A DNA stretch of 46,663 nt, taken from a virus. Position 1 is the first letter of the stretch. Each line of letters opens with the position of its first letter. The translations under genes and the position numbers were made by a program. Positions 1-8,272 of this stretch are shown in pieces. The notes beneath the pieces were generated by a model. It was not told the DNA's origin and did no database searches. It was given only the letters and a program-made list of their open reading frames with translations. Where the stretch lies: the IMG/VR virus record IMGVR_UViG_3300045988_088633; one strand, written 5' to 3'.

Positions 1-77
1 CCGACTTTGCCCTTTGTGCGGCTTGTGCGCCCTATTTGCGAGCGCGTCTTGTTTTTGTTTCTATTCTGCATTGTTCA
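1..77. repeat. Terminal overlap, copy 1 (identical to 46587..46663)
   Basis: 77/77 nt identical on direct reading (ccgactttgccctttgtgcgg...ctattctgcattgttca). This is the signature of a circular or circularly permuted contig. It duplicates the 5' end of the CDS that starts at 46657. Confidence 0.95.
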
Positions 78-79
78 CC

Positions 80-1327
80 TCAAAATGGCAACTGCTCATT
101 AGAACAATCTTGGAAACCATCTTCGTCTACTCCGAGTTCTCTGATGGTCTGCTTTTCGGAATCAAACACGCAGTCGATTGTACCAACGCGACCTTCTTTG
201 TTCTTGCCGAGAATCATCTTGTAGCCATCTTCATAGGCGTTGTGCAAGAGGAGAATCATATCGCTTGCTTCTTCGATGCCGCCCGATTCTTTCAAGTCTG
301 CCACTGTCGGCGCTTGCGCTGCTGCTTGACGGTTAATCTGTGCAAGAACGATTGTGACAATCTTTTCGTTCTGTGCCATAACGTGCAGTTCGTTGATTGC
401 GTTTGTCGTCATTTCGTAGCGACCATTGCCATGCGATTTGACGATTGTGAGGTAGTCAACAAAGATAACTTCCGCACCGCGCTTTACTGCTTCATTGCGA
501 ACCCATCTTACAGTGTGACCGGCAGATTCCACAATCTCTAAGTCCAAATTAGCAAACTCTGCTTTTGCTTCCCGCCACCGCTTTTTATCTTCATCTGTCA
601 AGCATCTGCGCTTAATGTTGGAAAGAGGAATCCCGCAGTAAGCCGCAATCATTCTGTCGATAATCTTCTCTTTACGTGTCTCAAAACTAAAGAATACGCA
701 CTTGTGCTTTCTTGCCATGTACATCATGAAGTTGATGCTAACGGCAGTTTTACCGGCTGACGGTCTGCCACCAATGACGACCAAATCGCCAGCTTCCACA
801 AAAGAGGAATCATCAAGTGTTGGAATGCCAAACTTGAAGTATTCCGGCGAGCGTTTCTGTTCCTGCTCGAAAATATCAACTGCACTCTTTGCGTTTGTGC
901 TTTCCGCTTCCTTAACTCCATTGAACGGTTTAATAATGTTCTCCGCGAGAACCTGTAACTCGTCAACAGTGGGGTTTCCGAAAGCTGTGGCATTCAACAG
1001 GTCGTTTGCCTTTGCGATTGCTTCCCGCGTCACATAAGCGTCTTTCACGCCCTGCATATATAACTTCCAGTTAGAAATAGACGGAAGCGTTTCCGCATAG
1101 CCCATCGCCAGTTTCTTGCAGTTTACGTTCATCTTGGAAGCAATGCTTGCAATGTCATAAGCGCCGTTTTTATCCAAATAGGCATTCTTGCAGATTCTAA
1201 AAATCTCTCTGCAACCTTCATCGGAGAACATAACTTCGCTTAACTCGGAGAAAGCGTCATCACAGCAGATTGATGGCTGAACCAGCAGACAACCAATCAT
1301 CGCTGTTTCGGAATCAAGTGGTGTCAT
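80..1327 (-). CDS. dnaB: Replicative DNA helicase, DnaB family
   Basis: 415 aa with Walker A GRPSAGKTA and Walker-B-like IFVDYLTIV. It has a DnaB-type N-terminal domain. ATG 1327 is preceded by AGGAG. Confidence 0.9.
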   Translation of the reverse strand: MTPLDSETAMIGCLLVQPSICCDDAFSELSEVMFSDEGCREIFRICKNAYLDKNGAYDIASIASKMNVNCKKLAMGYAETLPSISNWKLYMQGVKDAYVTREAIAKANDLLNATAFGNPTVDELQVLAENIIKPFNGVKEAESTNAKSAVDIFEQEQKRSPEYFKFGIPTLDDSSFVEAGDLVVIGGRPSAGKTAVSINFMMYMARKHKCVFFSFETRKEKIIDRMIAAYCGIPLSNIKRRCLTDEDKKRWREAKAEFANLDLEIVESAGHTVRWVRNEAVKRGAEVIFVDYLTIVKSHGNGRYEMTTNAINELHVMAQNEKIVTIVLAQINRQAAAQAPTVADLKESGGIEEASDMILLLHNAYEDGYKMILGKNKEGRVGTIDCVFDSEKQTIRELGVDEDGFQDCSNEQLPF

Positions 1328-1527
1328 TTTGTCTCCTTTTCATCAACGAACCAAATTGTCGTGTATAGGCAAGAACCAGCCACATATTGGGTTACTTGCA
1401 GAATATTTGCCGTTGAGAATGCGTTCATAAAGTTCTCAAGTTTATGCGGCTTTCCAACTCCATCTCTATTAACCATAGTCCAAAAATGCAAATCACCGCA
1501 TTTGACAGGAACACCGTTGAACTTCAT
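1324..1527 (-). CDS. Hypothetical protein (67 aa)
   Basis: ATG preceded by AAGGAG. ATGA start/stop overlaps with both neighbours indicate translational coupling. Confidence 0.6.
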   Translation of the reverse strand: MKFNGVPVKCGDLHFWTMVNRDGVGKPHKLENFMNAFSTANILQVTQYVAGSCLYTTIWFVDEKETK

Positions 1528-1802
1528 TTTTCATCGCTCCTTTTCAGAGGTTGCATTGCAAGCGCGTCACGGCCACGTAGAGGTGTCAATTTCGCGTACA
1601 AATCGCTTACCTTAATACAGTGCTGACAAGTCTTAGAGCACTCTATAAGCGCCGCTTTGACGCTCTCAAAGTCATATGCTCCAAGCGCTTTATGATACAA
1701 CATCGCAAGACTTTCAAAGTCGTTTTCCGAGAAACGGCAGAAGTCTAGAGGGTAAAGCAAGCGATTGGCAGTTACAAGCTGTTCTGCTTCACTTCTTGTC
1801 AT
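1524..1802 (-). CDS. Putative helicase loader (SPP1 G39P-like), tentative
   Basis: 92 aa with an LLYPLDF...DFESLAMLYHKALGAYDFESVKAAL pattern that resembles G39P-type loaders. It sits just upstream of dnaB. RBS AAGGTGGG. Confidence 0.4.
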   Translation of the reverse strand: MTRSEAEQLVTANRLLYPLDFCRFSENDFESLAMLYHKALGAYDFESVKAALIECSKTCQHCIKVSDLYAKLTPLRGRDALAMQPLKRSDEK

Positions 1803-2067
1803 CTTTTACCCACCTTGCCTTGTTATTTTCTTCGAGCCACTCCTTTTTGTAGCCATTAGAATCGAGCCACAACTCAAAGTTAGCTTGATTGTATATAAAG
1901 AACCTGTACTCGTCCCAGTTATCTTTAAACTTGATTAAAAGCTCTTGAAGCGTATTTGCAAGCATTGCAAGAATAATGCAAGCGATAACGCACACGGAAA
2001 GCGCTCCGACAACGGTGAACAGTGTCATTGCAAAGCCGATATACCCATGATAAATAGTTGCAAACAT
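1789..2067 (-). CDS. Small membrane protein
   Basis: Hydrophobic segment FAMTLFTVVGALSVCVIACIILAMLA. ATG 2067 lies 8 nt after GGAG. The track start at 2076 is GTG. Confidence 0.55.
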   Translation of the reverse strand: MFATIYHGYIGFAMTLFTVVGALSVCVIACIILAMLANTLQELLIKFKDNWDEYRFFIYNQANFELWLDSNGYKKEWLEENNKARWVKDDKK

Positions 2068-2069
2068 AG

Positions 2070-2465
2070 TTACCACTCCAATCTTGCCACATTATCTTTG
2101 TAAACGATGGGCGCTTTCTTTTGCGTCTCAACTCCGAGATAATCTTTGTAGCGAGTATTGAAGAAAGTCGAACCCATAAGCGTGTACTTCGGGTCACGGA
2201 TTGTCGCCTTGTAAGCGCTGATTGCTTCAATCATAGCACTCTCGCCAACTTTGAGCAACCGCTTCTTTGCTGTCAGGCTTACAGCGCTTCGCCCATCTTT
2301 TCGAGGATAAAGCGCCCACAGCCTATCAAACAGTTCGTTTGCGGCTTTCGTTTCCTCTGATTCCTTAACTTTTACTTCCGCGTTGCCATCTTTCAGTTCT
2401 GCGATAATTCCATCAATGTCTCCGCGAATTTTTTCAAGTTTCTTGATTGCTTCCTCGTTTGTCAT
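2070..2465 (-). CDS. Hypothetical replication-module protein (LWxxYPRK motif)
   Basis: I trimmed the 230-aa track ORF to Met-100 (ATG 2465), which is preceded by AAAGGAG. The longer version would overlap ssb, a terminator and a promoter. Confidence 0.6.
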   Translation of the reverse strand: MTNEEAIKKLEKIRGDIDGIIAELKDGNAEVKVKESEETKAANELFDRLWALYPRKDGRSAVSLTAKKRLLKVGESAMIEAISAYKATIRDPKYTLMGSTFFNTRYKDYLGVETQKKAPIVYKDNVARLEW

Positions 2466-2499
2466 ATTAGCGCAACTCCTTTCGACTTTCGATATGTCT

Positions 2500-2528
2500 A
2501 CTATACCACCATTTGTAACGTTTGTCAA
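2500..2528 (-). promoter_or_regulatory. Sigma-70/sigma-A type promoter (TTGACA-17-TATAGT)
   Basis: On the minus strand the -35 box is 2528..2523 and the -10 box is 2505..2500, with an exact 17-bp spacer. It lies about 28 nt upstream of ATG 2465. Confidence 0.7.
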
Positions 2529-2539
2529 TAGTTTTGTAA

Positions 2540-2579
2540 AATAAAAATGCAGAGAAGATTTCTCCACTCTGCAAAAAAT
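2540..2579 (-). terminator. Rho-independent terminator after ssb
   Basis: The GCAGAG/CTCTGC stem (2549-2554 / 2567-2572) is followed on the minus strand by ATTTTTATTTT. Confidence 0.6.
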
Positions 2580-2598
2580 ATATCGTAGCCACGCCAAA

Positions 2599-3009
2599 TC
2601 AGAACGGCAGGTCGCCAACCTCGCCAGGAACAGCGTCAAGGTCAAGGCTGCGCTCACCCTGCGTAGGTTGCTTATAGTCGTACATAGCCGATTCATAGTC
2701 AGGCTTGCAACCTCTGCTGTTCGCGGCGGCAGTCCCCTCAATAACAAGCGCGTAATTATCATAGCGCTTGCCGTTATAGTCGTTCATGGCGTGCTCAATG
2801 CTGTTAATCGCAGTAATCTTGATTCGACCAGCATTGACAATTTCCTCAACGTTGTTAAAGATTGTGACTTGATACCAGCCGAAATCCTTATAAGTGCCGT
2901 CCGGCTGGCGAACTGAATCACTCAGACTTGCGCGAACATACGGATTTCCTTTCTTGCTCATATACTGCTTAACTCGGAACAGGCGGTAAGTGTTGCCAAC
3001 TTTAATCAT
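2599..3009 (-). CDS. ssb: Single-stranded DNA-binding protein
   Basis: 136 aa of OB-fold-like sequence with an acidic tail ending DLPF, the canonical SSB C-terminal tip. RBS AAGGAG. Confidence 0.8.
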   Translation of the reverse strand: MIKVGNTYRLFRVKQYMSKKGNPYVRASLSDSVRQPDGTYKDFGWYQVTIFNNVEEIVNAGRIKITAINSIEHAMNDYNGKRYDNYALVIEGTAAANSRGCKPDYESAMYDYKQPTQGERSLDLDAVPGEVGDLPF

Positions 3010-3031
3010 AGTTATATCTCCTTACTTAAAT

Positions 3032-3362
3032 TTATTCACGGTATCCATCGTAGATTTCCAACTCCCAATTTCCATCGTCATCAACCATGAGAATTGTCTG
3101 CCCGTTATAGACATCTTTGTTTGTTTTCTTTACCATCTCAACGAAATATTGAAAATCTTCGAGTTTGCCAATCGTGACGTAAAGCGTGCTTTCATCTCGA
3201 AATCGCCACTTTCCAGACTTGTAATCAAAAAAACTCTCTCTTTTTGCCGTTTGTAACACGTTCAAGTTTGAAACGAGGGTCTTTGAGAAACGGATATTTC
3301 TCAATTATTTTGTCCCCATTGTTGTCAAACAATGAAGTGGTTGCTTCTACTTTAACGCGCAT
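3032..3362 (-). CDS. Hypothetical protein apparently split by a +1 frame break at a T7 run (ORF A 3225..3362, ORF B 3032..3304)
   Basis: ATG 3362 has a strong RBS (TAGGAG) and opens a 45-codon ORF ending ...UUU UUU UGA. The downstream 90-aa ORF is in the +1 frame and has only a TTG start directly after a stop codon. Confidence 0.45.
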
Positions 3363-3379
3363 AAGACAACTCCTAACTT

Positions 3380-4117
3380 TTACTTAACGACTTCTCCCTC
3401 AACGACTGTCTCGGAAAAACTTTCAATCTTGTTGCAGATTTCATCGTAATCTCGATTCAGAATATCCTTTGCCGTCTTGTAACCAGCATCAGCGATAATC
3501 TTTGCGGCGACCTCGGAATCAACGCTGTTCTGTGTGCAGAGCGTGTACAGGCGCTTGACCTGTTTTGCGGAAATCTTATCGTCAGGTCTAGTCACAGACT
3601 GCGCAACCTTGGCAAAGTCAGTAGTTTCGATTGCAGAATCTTCCAAATCTGCCGTGAACGCGCCAGAAAGCTGCGCAAGCATTAGGCAAGCATCAACCAT
3701 CGAGCGCTTCTTTGCCTTTTTAATGACACTGTTCGCCAAATCTGCCTTAGGAGCGCGACCACAAGAACCCTCGTTCGAGTTTGCACTTCCATAGCCATCA
3801 GTTATATGCTGACCACATTTGTACAACTCACACTTAAAGCGATAGAAGAACAGCGGCATTGTGCCATCCGCATTTCCGAACTCCTCAACCGCTTTTTCAA
3901 GGACAAACTTGCTCTCAACGCCGTATGCCATCAAGATACGCTCGGCTCCGCTCTTGTAGAGTGACGGACGCTGTGCCTTGGGGATTCGCCCAAAATCAAT
4001 GTTGCGGCGAAGCAAAAGGTTTGTGTTACCAATCGTGACCCTGTAATTCTCGTGGTCGGTTCGCACAACTGCGCCAACAGGCGTGTAACTCTGAATTGCG
4101 TTAGTTTCTTCGCTCAT
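3380..4117 (-). CDS. Putative single-strand annealing protein (Erf/Rad52-superfamily-like recombinase)
   Basis: The motif block GYGSAN...KKAKKRSMVDACLMLAQLSGAFTADLED is typical of phage annealing proteins. The gene lies between ssb and a PD-(D/E)XK exonuclease. ATG 4117 follows AAAGGAG. Confidence 0.5.
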   Translation of the reverse strand: MSEETNAIQSYTPVGAVVRTDHENYRVTIGNTNLLLRRNIDFGRIPKAQRPSLYKSGAERILMAYGVESKFVLEKAVEEFGNADGTMPLFFYRFKCELYKCGQHITDGYGSANSNEGSCGRAPKADLANSVIKKAKKRSMVDACLMLAQLSGAFTADLEDSAIETTDFAKVAQSVTRPDDKISAKQVKRLYTLCTQNSVDSEVAAKIIADAGYKTAKDILNRDYDEICNKIESFSETVVEGEVVK

Positions 4118-4838
4118 TGCTAAATTTCTCCTTTTTGTTTTTATATTTCTGATTAACTCCAATATATTTCCCGGTGTGACGTATTACCCTTGCTGGCTTT
4201 GTGAGCGCATCTTCAACGCTCCATCCGCTATTTAGCCTTCCGCGTAAGGTAGAATCGCTAATACTATGCCTACGCGCCATTTCGGCAAGCGTGGCAGTTT
4301 CTCCGTTAAGTGTCAAATAAACGTTTGAGCGTTTATTGCTGTTTTGAACTTGCATATCAACGAGCCTGCAATTATCAGGAGAATACCCTTTGCTTGGGTC
4401 TATTCTGTCAACTGTAAACTTGCCGCGAATTGCAGTTTCATCGTACCCATTTGAAAGCGCCCACGAACGAAACGAATCATAGTTACGCAACCATTCATCG
4501 CAAACTGTTATCCCTTTAGCTCCATAATTTGCATAACTTGGAGAGCCAACATAATAACAACGCTGTTTCATTGTACTCCATACGCCATACAAGCGCTCTC
4601 CGTGTCCATGCCCATGCGTTGTCAGTCTTTTTGCGGAAGCGTCTGCTCTATAACACCCGCAAGATTTCGTTACGCCAGTAACAAGTCTTGTTGTTGGAAC
4701 AATTACAATGTTGCCACAGTCGCACTCGCATCTCCACCAAACGCACGTTCTCTTTGTCTTCGGAATATCTTGTTTTTCTTTTTCAAGAACAACAAGCCTG
4801 CCGAACCGCTGTCCTACCAAGTCATAAACCTTGCTCAT
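4101..4838 (-). CDS. DNA-binding protein with N-terminal Zn-ribbon and AP2/HNH-associated-type domain (homing-endonuclease-like family)
   Basis: Motifs GQRFGRLVVL..WWRCECDCGN..SCGC and YGVWSTMKQRC...YGAKGITVCDEW...VDRIDPSKGYSPDNCR...Q..N. The start is ambiguous (ATG 4838 or GTG 4847). Confidence 0.45.
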   Translation of the reverse strand: MSKVYDLVGQRFGRLVVLEKEKQDIPKTKRTCVWWRCECDCGNIVIVPTTRLVTGVTKSCGCYRADASAKRLTTHGHGHGERLYGVWSTMKQRCYYVGSPSYANYGAKGITVCDEWLRNYDSFRSWALSNGYDETAIRGKFTVDRIDPSKGYSPDNCRLVDMQVQNSNKRSNVYLTLNGETATLAEMARRHSISDSTLRGRLNSGWSVEDALTKPARVIRHTGKYIGVNQKYKNKKEKFSNERRN

Positions 4839-4843
4839 TTTTA

Positions 4844-5500
4844 TCACTTGACTGCATACCGAACTCCTTTCATCGCTTTTATTGCGCGATAAATTTTCAA
4901 GCAGCTTTGAAACAAAATGTCACCAACCGATTCATCGCACTTGTACAATCTGTATTTACCATTGCGCATAAGTTGCAACCCGTACAAATTCAGACCTTTT
5001 TCCAAAATTGCATCCCATTTTTCTGGCGGGTATTCTTTATAGAGCAACGACCTATAGGCCGTAAGCTGTGCAGAAATGCTAGGCATGTCAACCTTGTACG
5101 ACGTTTTAATGTCAAGAATGGCATACTCGCCGTCAATCAAACCAAACCTGTCAAGCGTTCCAGCGTAGCCCATGTAACACGCATTGCTTCCCATGGCATG
5201 TTCAATGAGCGTCCATTGTGGTTTGTAGTCGCTGCAGAACTGCGCATAGGCTTCCAGATACGGCGCGTATTCAGCCGGGAAATCGTCTGGAATCTCCCCG
5301 GAGTAATCATACATTACTGTTGCTTCATGCACCGCAGAGCCGCGCTCTCGCGCCATCAGAGCCATATTAGGGTCAGCATTGTTCGCCTTGTCAACTGCAA
5401 GATAACGGATGATGTGCGTAACGCTCGGTAGCTCTACGCCATCTAGCGTGTAAGTGTGAGTTGCTTCATCAAACTGAACTTTGTTTGTATTTCTACTCAT
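4844..5500 (-). CDS. PD-(D/E)XK family exonuclease (RecB/Cas4-like fold)
   Basis: Motifs THTYTLDG..LPSVTHI, GSAVHE and D...AILDIKT (D..ExK-type). RBS AAGGTGA. Confidence 0.65.
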   Translation of the reverse strand: MSRNTNKVQFDEATHTYTLDGVELPSVTHIIRYLAVDKANNADPNMALMARERGSAVHEATVMYDYSGEIPDDFPAEYAPYLEAYAQFCSDYKPQWTLIEHAMGSNACYMGYAGTLDRFGLIDGEYAILDIKTSYKVDMPSISAQLTAYRSLLYKEYPPEKWDAILEKGLNLYGLQLMRNGKYRLYKCDESVGDILFQSCLKIYRAIKAMKGVRYAVK

Positions 5501-5726
5501 CCGAAATCACCTTTTGCATATTGTCAAAGCGTTCCTTTGTGCTAATATCCTTCGCAATTACAAGTGCAAGAATCTCATCCATGCAGGACTCCGCAGAAAC
5601 CGTGTCATTATGGTAAGCGTCAGCAATCTCGCATACGAGCGCAAATGCGTCAAAATCTGCCATAGGCGAATTTCTTTTCCACATATCGGAAAGCATCGAA
5701 ATCGTGTTTCTTGTTGATTCACGCAT
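5493..5726 (-). CDS. Hypothetical protein (77 aa)
   Basis: ORF in operon frame with short overlaps to its neighbours. Confidence 0.5.
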   Translation of the reverse strand: MRESTRNTISMLSDMWKRNSPMADFDAFALVCEIADAYHNDTVSAESCMDEILALVIAKDISTKERFDNMQKVISDE

Positions 5727-6045
5727 TTTGTTTAGCCTTTCTTTTCTCTAATTCAGAGTTGATTCTCTCTCTAAACTTTAGCCAACCCGGTTTGTCAATT
5801 CGTTCATCGCCAAGCTGGTTGATTCGTTCCGCAAAGTTGATGTCATCAACCATAACTTGTAGGTCATTGTCATTGAGATACTTGAAGTTCTTGCAAACGA
5901 AGTCTTGTACAAGGCTTGGAATATATGTCTGTCTGCCGAAGCAGTAACGAACAGCACACACGCAAATCGTTCCAAAATCCTCATCAATCCGCTTTGGTTT
6001 CGGCTTGCTTGCGCCAGGAATCGGGCATCCTATTGTTGTGCTCAT
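5719..6045 (-). CDS. Hypothetical protein (AVRYCFGRQTY motif)
   Basis: Trimmed to ATG 6045, which forms an ATGA overlap with the upstream stop. Confidence 0.5.
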   Translation of the reverse strand: MSTTIGCPIPGASKPKPKRIDEDFGTICVCAVRYCFGRQTYIPSLVQDFVCKNFKYLNDNDLQVMVDDINFAERINQLGDERIDKPGWLKFRERINSELEKRKAKQNA

Positions 6046-6629
6046 TCTGATACCTCCTCTACAAATGCCATTCTCTGGCGCAGATTGAGCGATTTTGGAT
6101 TGAGAATACAAGCCGGTGCTACGGCATTACCGTAGTACGCACAGAAGTTGTTCAACTGCCCCGTAGTGTACACGACGCGAACGTTGTTAGCGTTGCCCGC
6201 GTCGGAATCCTTGTCACCGCAACACCAAGGCGTGATAGTCCACACAAAACTGTCGTAGTGCGGGATGTAGTCACGGTACTTTCGGTACTCATCACAAGAT
6301 AGAATAAAAACATTGTCATGAACAGTGCCATAAGCTCTGTCGCCGTTGTCGGCAACAAGGTCAACGGTATGTGACAGCAGACTTTCTTTATCGAAAAAAC
6401 TGTTCGCCATATCAGATAGAATCCCCCGCACATTACTGGTGCGGTAGTTATTCCAGTTGCCTTTTTCATCGACAAATTTACCACTTGGGCAGAACTTGAC
6501 ATCTTTTGCCCATGGCTTTGCCATAATGGCCAACAGGCCGCCGTCAGGGTGGTTCGGGTCAAGGCAGACCCACTCGAAGCCTTTGAACATGAAGTGTTCG
6601 CCGGGTCGTAGGGTTGTTATGTCAGTCAT
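6042..6629 (-). CDS. DUF6273-like protein
   Basis: The pattern FKGFEWVCLD...GLLAIM...NVFILSCDEYRKY...WTITPW...NAVAPACILN matches the architecture I remember for DUF6273. RBS GGAGG. Confidence 0.5.
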   Translation of the reverse strand: MTDITTLRPGEHFMFKGFEWVCLDPNHPDGGLLAIMAKPWAKDVKFCPSGKFVDEKGNWNNYRTSNVRGILSDMANSFFDKESLLSHTVDLVADNGDRAYGTVHDNVFILSCDEYRKYRDYIPHYDSFVWTITPWCCGDKDSDAGNANNVRVVYTTGQLNNFCAYYGNAVAPACILNPKSLNLRQRMAFVEEVSE

Positions 6630-6975
6630 TGTCTGTTACCTCCGTGAGCCAGTAAGTCCTTTTGCATTCGTCACACTCCCTATCGCCGCAGCATTTTTTC
6701 ATTTCTTTTTCGATGCTGCATGGCGATATATCTATAACACCTTGACAAAAGTCGGCGTTAGGAAACATCCTCAGAAACTCGCTCTGGCGGGTCTTGGCTG
6801 GATGCTCTTTCGCCCATTGCTCTAATTTTGAAATCGTTTCTTCAATGTTTCTAATTGAAATATCATCGAACCCAACCATGCAACGCCCTTTTTCCTTAGC
6901 AGGGCATACATTGCAGTCTCGATTTTTACATAACCTGTTTACCGTCTTACAAAATTCAACTGCGTCCATAGTCAT
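6622..6975 (-). CDS. Cysteine-rich hypothetical protein
   Basis: 117 aa with multiple CxxC-like pairs. The start is ATG 6975 (ATGA overlap) or ATG 6969. Confidence 0.5.
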   Translation of the reverse strand: MTMDAVEFCKTVNRLCKNRDCNVCPAKEKGRCMVGFDDISIRNIEETISKLEQWAKEHPAKTRQSEFLRMFPNADFCQGVIDISPCSIEKEMKKCCGDRECDECKRTYWLTEVTDND

Positions 6976-7367
6976 TCTCCTTTTGTTTGCTTTGTTGGTG
7001 GTTCTGGCAGCGGCATCCAGTGGGTGACGTGTGTCAAATTTTCCGGATAAGACATTTGAGAGTTCCAGTACCAGTTAACAATACCGTTTTTTCTTGGCGT
7101 AGTTTCTCTCCACGCGATTGAAATTGAAGTATTGCTAAAGGTATCATACACAAGAACTTCATCAAAGACATCCGGCAGTCTGTCTTTAACGCTTATCCAT
7201 TCTTCATCATGACGCATGGATTCTGGTTTTATAGCTGGTGCGTCCTCTATCAGACTACGAACATATTCAACACCAGCCTTGTATGCCTGATACTCGCTGC
7301 CGTCATAGGCGCTACCGTTTACGTCTATTGAACGTAATACGCTGTTTGCATCAATCAGTCGTTTCAT
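6972..7367 (-). CDS. DUF551-domain protein
   Basis: WISVKDRLP...THWMPLPEPP is the DUF551 signature. ATG 7418 of the track ORF sits inside the promoter initiation zone, so I chose ATG 7367, which follows AAGGAG. Confidence 0.6.
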   Translation of the reverse strand: MKRLIDANSVLRSIDVNGSAYDGSEYQAYKAGVEYVRSLIEDAPAIKPESMRHDEEWISVKDRLPDVFDEVLVYDTFSNTSISIAWRETTPRKNGIVNWYWNSQMSYPENLTHVTHWMPLPEPPTKQTKGE

Positions 7368-7420
7368 TTCATCAATTCTCCTTTCGGTTTTTCTCGGGTT
7401 TTTTCGCTTCCGATACATTT

Positions 7421-7449
7421 ATTATACGCTTCTTTCGGCTGAATGTCAA
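7421..7449 (-). promoter_or_regulatory. Leftward early promoter (TTGACA-17-TATAAT)
   Basis: Perfect consensus hexamers on the minus strand (-35 7449..7444, -10 7426..7421) with an exact 17-bp spacer. Confidence 0.8.
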
Positions 7450-7484
7450 TATCTTTCGCAGAAATATTTTTTTGAAAATAATGC

Positions 7485-7513
7485 TTGCAAGCGCAATCCT
7501 GCTGTGCTATAAT
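7485..7513 (+). promoter_or_regulatory. Rightward promoter (TTGCAA-17-TATAAT), divergent from the leftward one
   Basis: -35 box 7485..7490, -10 box 7508..7513, spacer 17 bp. Confidence 0.75.
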
Positions 7514-7519
7514 AAAGAG

Positions 7520-7648
7520 GTAATCAGAAGTCTTGTTTAGAGGTGATGGGCTAAACAAGCCAAACAACTAAATAGGACTTCGGGCTTGCTCTGGTTGTAA
7601 CCATCACTACAATCAAAGCAGGCTTTTCTTTTTATCTTTTCTTTTTAT
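7520..7648 (+). promoter_or_regulatory. Structured 5' leader with competing hairpins and a U-rich terminator-like end
   Basis: A perfect 9-bp hairpin (7532-7540/7551-7559) competes with CAAGCC/GGCTTG (7556-7561/7583-7588). The stem GCTTGCT/AGCAGGC (7584-7590/7617-7623) is followed by TTTTCTTTTTATCTTTTCTTTTTATT. Confidence 0.5.
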
Positions 7649-7663
7649 TAAGAGGTGCATGTG

Positions 7664-8152
7664 ATGCAGGAATTTCTTGAAGATAGTCTTGTCATAATGA
7701 CAAAAAGCACGATTGACGCATTCTTAAATACAGATTGCTACGCAGAACTAATCGGCTTGTATTCCTTTTATTATTACACAGCAAAGTGGCAAAAGACGAA
7801 CCAGCCAAAATGTACAACAGATTATGTTGCAAAAGGCATCGGATGGAATGTGGCAAAAGTGCGCAAATATAAGCAAAAATTGATTGATTTGGGCTTGATT
7901 GAGGACGTAGTTACAAAAGACGACAAGGGCAAAGTAACTGGTCACTACATAAAGCTGAAATATGTCGTTTCATCGAAAAAAGTGAGTGAGCTTTCTGCAC
8001 AGAATCCACCCCATCAAAAATCCACAGGGTGGGTTTCTCCACGGGTGGCAAAATCGGGAGACAAATGCTTAAAGAATAAATATAATAAATGCTTAAAGAA
8101 AAATAATAAAATGCTTAACGGCAAAAACGAAAAATCAAAGCTGGAATGGTAA
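7664..8152 (+). CDS. Winged-helix DNA-binding protein (replication-initiator/DnaD-like or regulator)
   Basis: Pattern YVAKGIGWNVAKVRKYKQKLIDLGLIE..GKVTGHYIKL. ATG 7664 lies 8 nt after AAGAGG. It is a paralogue-like counterpart of 32297..33340. Confidence 0.45.
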   Translation: MQEFLEDSLVIMTKSTIDAFLNTDCYAELIGLYSFYYYTAKWQKTNQPKCTTDYVAKGIGWNVAKVRKYKQKLIDLGLIEDVVTKDDKGKVTGHYIKLKYVVSSKKVSELSAQNPPHQKSTGWVSPRVAKSGDKCLKNKYNKCLKKNNKMLNGKNEKSKLEW

Positions 8153-8272
8153 CGGCTTTGCCGTGAAACGCTTTGCCTTATTAGCCTAACTTGCGCAAGC
8201 AAGGAAAAGGAAGCGAAGCGCAGTAATAAAAGTTCCGACCTGTTAAAAATTTATCAAAGTAGGTGAAACAAA

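Noticed and set aside
14-541. 175-aa plus-strand ORF (and a 62-aa ORF at 36..224)
   Set aside because: It is antisense to the well-supported dnaB gene. It has no RBS and a Cys/Phe-rich, low-plausibility sequence, so it is a shadow ORF.
2466-2762. N-terminal 99 codons of the 230-aa track ORF 2070..2762
   Set aside because: The extension would run through a terminator, a consensus promoter and the 3' end of ssb. An internal ATG at 2465 has a perfect AAAGGAG RBS.
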